Below are positions 17,955-25,316 of a stretch of 64,000 nucleotides of DNA, piece after piece. The stretch is from positions 335,914-399,913 of the forward strand of contig CAWJBX010000014.1 in NCBI GenBank assembly GCA_963841195.1. The letters run 5' to 3'. Position 1 is the stretch's first letter. Each line of letters begins with the position of its first letter. The DNA is from an uncultured Actinomycetes bacterium (lineage in GTDB: Bacteria; Actinomycetota; Acidimicrobiia; IMCC26256; PALSA-610). Under the pieces are notes generated by a model. It did not search any database. It was not told the DNA's origin and saw nothing but the letters and a program-made list of their open reading frames with translations. The position numbers and the translations under genes are program-made.

Positions 17955-18953
17955 ATGAAGGTGAGCGAATTCCTCCACGCCCCGCTTCCGGTCAAAGGGC
18001 ACATGCCTGGTTTCGCCGGCACCAACGACTGGCTGAACAGCAAGCCGTTGTCGCCTACCGACCTCCACGGCAAGGTCGTGCTCGTCGACTTCTGGACGTT
18101 TACGTGCATCAACTGGCTGCGGACGCTGCCGGCGCTGCGCGCGTGGAACGACGCGTATGCGAAGCACGGCCTGGTGACCATCGGTGTCCACACTCCGGAG
18201 TTCCAGGTCGAACACGACATCGCGAACGTGCGCCGCGCCGCGCGAGAGATGCGCGTCGAGTATCCGATCGCGATCGACAACGACTACGAGGTGTGGGACG
18301 CGTTCGCGAACCAGTACTGGCCCGCGATATATCTCGCCGACGCCGAGGGTCGCATTCGTCACACGCATTTCGGCGAAGGTGGTGAGGAACGGACCGAGCA
18401 CGTCATCCGCCGGTTACTCACCGACGCGGGCGCAACCGGACTTCCCGAGAGTCCCGTCCCGTACACCGCCGAGGGCATCGAGATCCCCGGCGACTCCCAC
18501 GACCTTCGTTCGGGCGAGACCTACGTGGGGCTCGCGCGGTCGACGGGCTTCGCGTCACCGGAAGGTGCGTCGTTCAACGAGTCGCGCGCGTACACGCTCC
18601 CGCCCCGCCTTTATCTCAACGAATGGGGGCTCGACGGCAACTGGACGATCGGTCGCGAGGAAGCTGTCACCAACGAACCCAACGGCCGCATCGCGTTTCG
18701 TTTTCACGCGCGCGACCTGAACCTCATTCTCGAACCGCCCGCATCGGGCACAAGCGCGCGCTTTCGCGTCACGATCGACGGTGAACCACCGCACGGCGCC
18801 CACGGTCTCGACGTTGACGAGAAGGGCGACGGCATCGTCAGCGAGACGCGCCTGCACCAGCTGATTCGCCAGCACGGGAGCATCACCGACCGGCAGTGTG
18901 AGATCGAGTTCCTGGATCCCGGCGTTTCGGCGCTTTGCTTTACCTTCGGCTAA
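17955..18953 (+). CDS. DipZ-like redoxin (thioredoxin fold plus C-terminal domain), CxxW active site
   Basis: GKVVLVDFWTFTCINWLRTLP, GVHTPEF, NQYWP, HFGEG, ends FTFG. Confidence 0.9.
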   Translation: MKVSEFLHAPLPVKGHMPGFAGTNDWLNSKPLSPTDLHGKVVLVDFWTFTCINWLRTLPALRAWNDAYAKHGLVTIGVHTPEFQVEHDIANVRRAAREMRVEYPIAIDNDYEVWDAFANQYWPAIYLADAEGRIRHTHFGEGGEERTEHVIRRLLTDAGATGLPESPVPYTAEGIEIPGDSHDLRSGETYVGLARSTGFASPEGASFNESRAYTLPPRLYLNEWGLDGNWTIGREEAVTNEPNGRIAFRFHARDLNLILEPPASGTSARFRVTIDGEPPHGAHGLDVDEKGDGIVSETRLHQLIRQHGSITDRQCEIEFLDPGVSALCFTFG

Positions 18954-18969
18954 CCGAGAGGATGCTTCT

Positions 18970-19425
18970 GTGCACGTGTTGATTGCGAGCGATGGCTCGC
19001 GCGCCGCGATCGCGGCCGTTGCCGACGCGATCGCGCAGCTTGCGCCGCCCGAACACGTGACGCTGCTCACCGTGCTGAACGACTTGCCCGTCGAGGACTA
19101 CGACGAGTTCGACGAACCGCTTCCTTCGCCCGAAACACAGCGGCGATCGTGGGACAACGCGATCAAGGAAGCGAATTACGAACTCGAACGCGCGGCCGCG
19201 ACGCTCGCGGCCGGTCACGTCGAGACCCGGGTCGAAGCCGGCGACGTCGCGCCCACGATCTGCACGGTTGCGCGTGAGATCAACGCCGACGTCATCGTGA
19301 TCGGCGCGCAGATGGGCGGGCGCGTTCGGCGCCGATTCCGCACCTCGGTCGCCGAACGCATCGTTCGGGACGCGCCGTGCGCGGTGCTGATCGCGCAAGG
19401 AAAGCGAGATGACGATGGCACATGA
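18970..19425 (+). CDS. Universal stress protein
   Basis: VLIASDGS, ADVIVIGA, SVAERIVRDAPCAVL. Confidence 0.88.
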   Translation: MHVLIASDGSRAAIAAVADAIAQLAPPEHVTLLTVLNDLPVEDYDEFDEPLPSPETQRRSWDNAIKEANYELERAAATLAAGHVETRVEAGDVAPTICTVAREINADVIVIGAQMGGRVRRRFRTSVAERIVRDAPCAVLIAQGKRDDDGT

Positions 19426-20650
19426 CACCGAGGCCTTCGTACTGGGTGGCGCGCGCACGCCGATCGGACGCTACGGCGGTTCGCTCGCACGCGTGCGCAC
19501 CGACGACCTCCTCGCGTTTGCGATGCGCCACGCGGTGGAGCGGGTCGGCATCGAGCCCGGCGTGATTGAAGACATCGCGGCCGGCGTCGTGAACGTCGCG
19601 CACGAAGGAATGGGCGACATCGGCCGTTGGGCCGCACTCGCCGCCGGTTTCCCCGACGACGTTCCCGCGTACACGATCAATCGTTTCTGCGCTTCGTCGC
19701 TGACCGGGACCGCGAACATCGTGAACGCCATCAAAGTCGGTGAGATGGGTGTCGGGATGGCGGCCGGCGTCGAGTCGATGAGCCGGTCGGGCTGGGCGTG
19801 GATGAAGAACGAAGAGCCCTTCGGACCGCGCGGGCCGCAGTTCTTGCTCGACACGATGTGGGCGGGCGCGGGCGGCCCACCGAATCCGCAGCTCCTCGCG
19901 CGCAACGCGTACATCGCGATGATCGAAACCGCGCAGAAGCTCGCCGACATCTACGAACTCACGCGCGAAGAGATCGACGCGTTTGCGCTCCGGTCGCATC
20001 GACACGCGGCCGCGGCCCAAGCGAGCGGCCGCCTCGCGCGCGAGATCGCCCCGATCGACGTTCCCGCCGAGCGCCACACGACCCGTCGCTTCGAACACGA
20101 CGAGTTCATTCGCCCCGACGCATCGCTCGAAGCCCTTGCGAAGTTGCCGGCCCAACCGAACACGACGCAAATGACAGCCGGGAACTCATCCCCACTTTCG
20201 GACGGCGCGAGCGCGGTCGTGCTCGCGAATGAAGCCCGCGCCGGCGCGCTCGGCGCAGCACCGATGGCGCGCGTGCTCGCGTCGGCGACGGTCGCCGTCG
20301 ACCCGACGATCATGGGTATCGCGCCCGCGTACGCGATCCCGAAGGCGCTGGCGCGTGCCGGGGTCGAACCGGAAGACGTCGATGTGTACGAGATCCACGA
20401 AGCATTCGCAGCGCAAGCGCTCGCGGTGTTGCGCGAATTCCCGAAACAGACCGGCTACACGATCCCTGACGAAAAGCTGAATCCCAACGGTGGCGCAGTC
20501 GCGCTCGGCCATCCGTTCGGCGATTCGGGGACGCGGTTGGTGTTGTCGCTGGCGACCGAACTTGCGGTCACCGGCAAGCGGTACGGCGTGATCGGCGTGT
20601 GCGTCGGCTCGGGCCAGGGCGTCGCGCTCGTGCTCGAGCGCGTGGCGTAA
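19409..20650 (+). CDS. Thiolase (acetyl-CoA acyltransferase)
   Basis: RTPIG, NRFCASS, HEAFA, GHPFG, CVGSGQG. Confidence 0.93.
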   Translation: MTMAHDTEAFVLGGARTPIGRYGGSLARVRTDDLLAFAMRHAVERVGIEPGVIEDIAAGVVNVAHEGMGDIGRWAALAAGFPDDVPAYTINRFCASSLTGTANIVNAIKVGEMGVGMAAGVESMSRSGWAWMKNEEPFGPRGPQFLLDTMWAGAGGPPNPQLLARNAYIAMIETAQKLADIYELTREEIDAFALRSHRHAAAAQASGRLAREIAPIDVPAERHTTRRFEHDEFIRPDASLEALAKLPAQPNTTQMTAGNSSPLSDGASAVVLANEARAGALGAAPMARVLASATVAVDPTIMGIAPAYAIPKALARAGVEPEDVDVYEIHEAFAAQALAVLREFPKQTGYTIPDEKLNPNGGAVALGHPFGDSGTRLVLSLATELAVTGKRYGVIGVCVGSGQGVALVLERVA

Positions 20651-20656
20651 CTCGCC

Positions 20657-21139
20657 TTATCCGTAAACGACCCGGGTGACCCATTCGGCAACGAGCGCGG
20701 GCTTGTCTTCGCCGTCGATCTCGACGGTGAAGCTCCGCGTCAGGTCGATCGCGCTGCCCTTGAGCTCGACGTTCGTGGTCACACCCCGGGCGCGGATACG
20801 CGATCCAACCTTCACCGGATTCACGAAGCGCACCTTGTTGAAGCCGTAGTTGATGCCCATCAACATGCCCGCGTACTTCGCCGGGTCGGGAGCCGCCGAA
20901 CTCGCTCCTTGCGAGAGGTGCGTAAGCATCGACAGCGTCAAGAAGCCGTGCGCGATGGTGGTGCCGAACGGGGTTGCCTTCGCGCGCTCCGGGTCGACGT
21001 GAATGAACTGGTGGTCGTGGGTGACGTCGGCGAACTGGTTGATTTGGTCCTGGGTGACCTCGAACCAGTCGCCGGTTCCTTCGTCGTTGCCGATATCGGC
21101 CTGAAACAGGGGGAACGCCTTCTCGGCAGCTTCGCTCAT
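20657..21139 (-). CDS. MaoC-family dehydratase
   Basis: FADVTHDHQFIHVD..TIAHGFLTLS, NYGFNKVRF. Confidence 0.92.
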   Translation of the reverse strand: MSEAAEKAFPLFQADIGNDEGTGDWFEVTQDQINQFADVTHDHQFIHVDPERAKATPFGTTIAHGFLTLSMLTHLSQGASSAAPDPAKYAGMLMGINYGFNKVRFVNPVKVGSRIRARGVTTNVELKGSAIDLTRSFTVEIDGEDKPALVAEWVTRVVYG

Positions 21140-21173
21140 GCGGCGACCTTAGAGCAGCGCCCGGCTATCCGAA

Positions 21174-21191
21174 ACTACGCGGGCGCGGGAT
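21174..21191 (+). promoter_or_regulatory. LuxR-type box C (ACTACG-N6-CGGGAT)
   Basis: 22 nt before CAACCT, upstream of the alpha/beta hydrolase. Confidence 0.7.
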
Positions 21192-21249
21192 GCGACCACT
21201 CGTTCATGGGGCGCAACCTCTGCGTGTCATCACACGACTGGAGCCGCAC

Positions 21250-21981
21250 ATGACCGTTACACCCTCGACCTCAGGACCGAACGTCGTCCTCGTGCACGGC
21301 GCCTTCGGCGACGCGTCCGGCTGGGCGGGCGTCATCAACGAACTCTGCGCGGCGGGCGTCAACGTCGTTGCACCGCCGAACCTGCTGCGCGGGCTGATCT
21401 CCGACGCCGCCTACATCACGAGCTTCCTCAAGCAGCTCGGCGGCCGCAACATCCTCGTCGGCCACTCCTACGGTGGCGCGGTGATCACGCAGTCGGGCGC
21501 CGACGCCGGCAACGTTGTCGGGCTCGTGTACGTGAACGCGTTCGGCCCCGACGCCAAGGAATCGCTCGGCGCGATCGGTGATCGTTACGCCGACCGTGGG
21601 CTGGGCGCGGCGCTGCGTCCGCTCACCTACCCGACCGACGGTCAGCCCGGCACTGAGCTGTACGTCGACCACGACGCGTTCCACGAAGTGATCTGTGCCG
21701 ACGTGTCCGCCGAGACGGCGCGCGTGCTCGCGCTGACGCAACGGCCCGTCGCAGCGTCGGTCTTCCAGGAAGAGCTCACGTCGACACCCGCGTGGAAGAC
21801 GTTGCCCTCGTGGGCCGTCATCTCGACCGGTGACCACGCGATCAACCCCGATGCGGAGCGCGACATGGCGAAACGCGCGAACGCCGAGTATGTCGAGACC
21901 AACGGCGCCCACTTCATCATGGTTTCGCAACCGTCGACCGTCGCCGAACAGATTCTGCGCGCCGTGAAGGCAACGAGCTAA
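21250..21981 (+). CDS. Alpha/beta hydrolase
   Basis: VLVHGAF, GHSYGG nucleophile elbow, D and H triad residues. Confidence 0.92.
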   Translation: MTVTPSTSGPNVVLVHGAFGDASGWAGVINELCAAGVNVVAPPNLLRGLISDAAYITSFLKQLGGRNILVGHSYGGAVITQSGADAGNVVGLVYVNAFGPDAKESLGAIGDRYADRGLGAALRPLTYPTDGQPGTELYVDHDAFHEVICADVSAETARVLALTQRPVAASVFQEELTSTPAWKTLPSWAVISTGDHAINPDAERDMAKRANAEYVETNGAHFIMVSQPSTVAEQILRAVKATS

Positions 21982-21990
21982 GACGACGCG

Positions 21991-22215
21991 ATGACAGATC
22001 CGACGTTCGCGCAGGACATCAAGCCGTTGTTCCGCGAGAAAGACCGCGACTCGATGACCTTCATGTTCGACCTCTGGTCGTACGACGACGTGCGCAAGAA
22101 CGCGCCGGCGATCCTCACGATCGTGAAGGAAGGCCGCATGCCGTGTGACGGCCCATGGCCCGACGATCGCGTCGATCTCTTCGAACGTTGGACCGAAACC
22201 GGCATGAACGCGTGA
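21991..22215 (+). CDS. Small hypothetical protein (74 aa)
   Basis: TFAQDIKPLFR..FDLWSYDDV..GRMPCDGPW..LFERW; good codon usage. Confidence 0.8.
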   Translation: MTDPTFAQDIKPLFREKDRDSMTFMFDLWSYDDVRKNAPAILTIVKEGRMPCDGPWPDDRVDLFERWTETGMNA

Positions 22216-22308
22216 CGATCCCGAAAGGAGATCGCGAATGAGTTCCGTATCCAGCGTTACGCCTGAAGGCCCCGGTTCGGTGACCTGAGCGCCGGCGCAA
22301 CGCCTCGC

Positions 22309-22352
22309 GTTTGGACGTTTCGCGCCCCTATAGGGGCGCGAAACGTCCAAAC
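22309..22352. repeat. Perfect 44-bp spacer-less palindrome
   Basis: gtttggacgtttcgcgccccta|taggggcgcgaaacgtccaaac. Confidence 0.95.
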
Positions 22353-22369
22353 CCCGCGGTTTCGAGCGA

Positions 22370-23107
22370 TCAGCCGGTGAGCGCGAGCTCGCGTTCGTCG
22401 GCCAGCGCGCGCAGCTTGTCGGAGCTCGCGGCCAGCAGCCGCGAGACCTGCATCTGGCTCACGCCGATCTCACGCGCGATCGCGGTCTGCGAGAGGTCGG
22501 CGTAGTAACGCATCTTGACGATGCGGCGCTTGCGTTCGTCGAGTCCGGCGAGCAGCTCGTCGACGAGCACGCGGTCGTCGGCCGCGTTGATGTCGTGCTG
22601 CGCCGGGATTTGCGCCGCTCCTGATTCGTCGATGCTCCGGCCTTCGTAACGCCGGTACGCGTGCATCACCGTTTGCGCTTCCTCGACCTCATCGCGCGTC
22701 CAGCCGCCTGCATCGGCAAGTTCGTCAACCGTCGGTTGGCGCCCGCAGGCGTTGGTCAACTGCTCCGACGTCGCGACGACGTGCAGCGCGCGCTCTCCGA
22801 CGGAACGCGGCGGGCGCACGATCCACGTGTGGTCGCGGAGGTGCCGCTTCAACGTGCCGGCGATCGTCGGCGCCGCGAATGTCGAGAATGTGACGCCCCG
22901 CTCGGGGTCGAAGCGTTCGACCGCACGCGTCAGACCGATCAACGCAACCTGACGCAGGTCGTCGCGTTCTTCGCCGCGGCCCTCGAAACGGCGCGCGATC
23001 GAATAGGCGAGACCGAGGTGCGCTTCGACCAGCTTGTCGCGCAAGCGGCTGTCGCCGGTTGCACGAAATTCGTCGAAAACGGCGGTCATGGAACGGCGCT
23101 CGGACAT
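22370..23107 (-). CDS. SigB/SigF-family RNA polymerase sigma factor
   Basis: DDLRQVALIGL..AVERFDP.RG..FSTFA.PTI.G.LKRHLRD; SQT.IA..IGVSQMQVSRLL. Confidence 0.93.
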   Translation of the reverse strand: MSERRSMTAVFDEFRATGDSRLRDKLVEAHLGLAYSIARRFEGRGEERDDLRQVALIGLTRAVERFDPERGVTFSTFAAPTIAGTLKRHLRDHTWIVRPPRSVGERALHVVATSEQLTNACGRQPTVDELADAGGWTRDEVEEAQTVMHAYRRYEGRSIDESGAAQIPAQHDINAADDRVLVDELLAGLDERKRRIVKMRYYADLSQTAIAREIGVSQMQVSRLLAASSDKLRALADERELALTG

Positions 23108-23142
23108 GAGACTCACGCTTTCATGTGGGGGCGTTACCGGAC

Positions 23143-23160
23143 ATCACGCGAACACGTGTG
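23143..23160 (-). promoter_or_regulatory. LuxR-type box F (CACACG-N6-CGTGAT)
   Basis: 22 nt before AAGCGT, then 7 nt to the sigma ATG 23107. Confidence 0.7.
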
Positions 23161-23195
23161 CATCGACGACGGTACGCACATGCCCCTTTCGTCGA

Positions 23196-23213
23196 ATCCC
23201 CGGCTCGCGTAGT
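23196..23213 (-). promoter_or_regulatory. LuxR-type box E (ACTACG-N6-GGGGAT)
   Basis: 21 nt before TACCGT; second, upstream promoter of the sigma gene. Confidence 0.7.
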
Positions 23214-23241
23214 TCGCCCCGCCGGAACGCCAAAACACGAA

Positions 23242-23259
23242 ACTACGCGTCTGAGGGAT
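23242..23259 (+). promoter_or_regulatory. LuxR-type box D (ACTACG-N6-AGGGAT)
   Basis: 22 nt before CAACAT, upstream of the epoxide hydrolase. Confidence 0.7.
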
Positions 23260-23314
23260 GCGACACCGCTTGACTTGGGCGCAACATGAGGGCACCACAG
23301 CGAGGAGGACCCCC

Positions 23315-24538
23315 GTGACGAACACGACGACAACGAAGCCGCGGAGCACCAGCACGGCCGACACCAGCATCCGACCGTTTCGCGTGCACTTCGCCGACGA
23401 GGACCTCGCCGAGCTGCGCCGCCGTATTGCCGCGGCGCGTTTGCCGCATCGCGAGCTCGTCGAGGACCGGTCGCAAGGCGTGCAACTGGCGACCGTCGAG
23501 GCGCTCGCACGGTATTGGACGACGGAATACGACTGGCGGCGCTGCGAAGAACAACTGAACGCCCTGCCGCAGTTCGTCACCGAGATCGACGGCGTCGACA
23601 TTCACTTCATTCACGTGAAGTCGCAACACCCGAACGCACTGCCGTTGATCATGACGCACGGCTGGCCCGGCTCGGTGATCGAACTGCTCGGCTCGATCGG
23701 CCCGCTCACCGATCCCACTGCACACGGCGGCCGCGCCGAAGACGCGTTCGATCTCGTGCTGCCCTCGATGCCCGGCTACGGCTTCTCGAGCGAACCGGCT
23801 GAGACCGGTTGGGCGACGCCGCGCATCGCGAAAGCCTGGGACGAACTCATGGGCCGACTCGGCTACACGCGTTACGTCGCCCAGGGCGGCGACCAAGGCG
23901 CGGCCGTGACCGACGACCTCGGCCACCTCGCACCCAAGGGACTCGTCGGAATCCACATGAACTTGCTGCGCGCCGCGCTCGGGCCGGTGAGTCTCGCGTC
24001 GGCGAATCCGACCGACGAGGAGAAGGTCGCGCTCGCGGGGCTGGCGACGTTCAACACGAGTGGACGCGGTTACTTCCTCGAGCAGGCGACGCGCCCGCAA
24101 ACGATCGGGTACGCACTGCTGGATTCACCGCTTGCAATGGCGGCGTGGATTCTCGATCACGACACCGACAGCTACGAGAAGATCGCGCGTGCGTTCGTCG
24201 ACGGAACTCCGACGGGCGGCCTCACACGCGATCACGTGCTCGACAACATCACGATGTACTGGCTCACCGGAACCGGCGCATCGGCGGCGCGTTCCTACTG
24301 GGAAGGAGCGCAAGCCGGCGCGCGCGCGAAGGGGCAGACGCCGACCCCGGTGCAAGTGCCCGTTGGCTTTACGCAGTTCCCGGGCGAGATCTTCCTGCCG
24401 CCGCGCAGTTGGGTCGAGAAGCTGTATCCGCACGTCACGTACTACAACAAGGCCGCCCGGGGCGGACACTTCGCGGCATGGGAAGAGCCGGAACTCTTCG
24501 CCGAGGAACTGCGGGCCGCGTTCGCGGCCGTGCGCTAA
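23315..24538 (+). CDS. Epoxide hydrolase (EHN plus alpha/beta fold)
   Basis: IRPFRV, YDWRR, HGWPGS, QGGDQG, GGHFAAWEEP; GAGGAGG RBS. Confidence 0.94.
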   Translation: MTNTTTTKPRSTSTADTSIRPFRVHFADEDLAELRRRIAAARLPHRELVEDRSQGVQLATVEALARYWTTEYDWRRCEEQLNALPQFVTEIDGVDIHFIHVKSQHPNALPLIMTHGWPGSVIELLGSIGPLTDPTAHGGRAEDAFDLVLPSMPGYGFSSEPAETGWATPRIAKAWDELMGRLGYTRYVAQGGDQGAAVTDDLGHLAPKGLVGIHMNLLRAALGPVSLASANPTDEEKVALAGLATFNTSGRGYFLEQATRPQTIGYALLDSPLAMAAWILDHDTDSYEKIARAFVDGTPTGGLTRDHVLDNITMYWLTGTGASAARSYWEGAQAGARAKGQTPTPVQVPVGFTQFPGEIFLPPRSWVEKLYPHVTYYNKAARGGHFAAWEEPELFAEELRAAFAAVR

Positions 24539-24572
24539 CAGCGCACGGCCGCCGCAACGCGCCCAGAGAACG

Positions 24573-25223
24573 CTAGAGAACGTCGACGCGGTCGACGACC
24601 TTCTGGACACCGGGCGCGTCCCACGCGGTCGACTCGGCTTCGTCGCGCGTGGTCCACGAGTCGGCGGTGCCGTCGAGGTACACCGTCGAGCCGACGTTCG
24701 ACACGGTGATGCGCGTGTCGTCGATGATTGCGTTGCGCTTGAACGCCTTGTTGATGCGGTCGGCGATGTCGCTCGGAATCGGTTCACTCGAGATGCCGAT
24801 GTTGTCGGTCATGCCGAGCACACCGTCGACCTTGCGCACCGCGTGTTCGGCTGCTTGGCGTTCGAAGTGGTGACGCACTTGGCCGCTCAATGTGACATAG
24901 CCCTCGAGCACGTCGGCGCTTACGGCTCCCTTCGGGACGAACTTGTCGCCGTCGAGTGCGTTCGCTGCGGCCACTGCGATTTCAGCGTCAGTGACGGCAT
25001 CACCAACGAGGCCCACGAGGATCTGGTTGTCGATGCCCTTCACACCTCGGACCTTGGAGGCGTCGTCGCATGCACGCTCGACTTGCAAGAGGGTCGGTAC
25101 CGATCCGGTGAGCGTTACTGTGCCGTCGTCGGCTTTGACGACGATGCGCGTGGCGTCGACTTGCGGATCCCATTCGAGCTCGTCTTTCACGTCGTGTTCC
25201 AGGAGGTTGTTCGGCTTGTGCAT
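24573..25223 (-). CDS. BON domain protein (three BON repeats, OsmY-like)
   Basis: Three G.V.L.G...GV..V/I repeats. Confidence 0.92.
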   Translation of the reverse strand: MHKPNNLLEHDVKDELEWDPQVDATRIVVKADDGTVTLTGSVPTLLQVERACDDASKVRGVKGIDNQILVGLVGDAVTDAEIAVAAANALDGDKFVPKGAVSADVLEGYVTLSGQVRHHFERQAAEHAVRKVDGVLGMTDNIGISSEPIPSDIADRINKAFKRNAIIDDTRITVSNVGSTVYLDGTADSWTTRDEAESTAWDAPGVQKVVDRVDVL

Positions 25224-25292
25224 GGCGGAGCTGTCCTTTTCTCGTCAGGGTTTCGGGAACCCCAAACGATGGACGCCACGAAAGCCGCCAAC

Positions 25293-25310
25293 ATCACGCG
25301 AGCACGTGAA
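25293..25310 (-). promoter_or_regulatory. LuxR-type box G (TTCACG-N6-CGTGAT)
   Basis: 21 nt before CATCGT; acatcacgcgagcacgtg (25291-25308) is 17/18 identical to 23141-23158. Confidence 0.7.
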
Positions 25311-25316
25311 AGCACT

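Noticed and set aside
22309-22352. Palindrome as a protelomerase or replicon-end site
   Set aside because: No protelomerase, phage or plasmid genes in the window; the flanks are ordinary chromosomal genes
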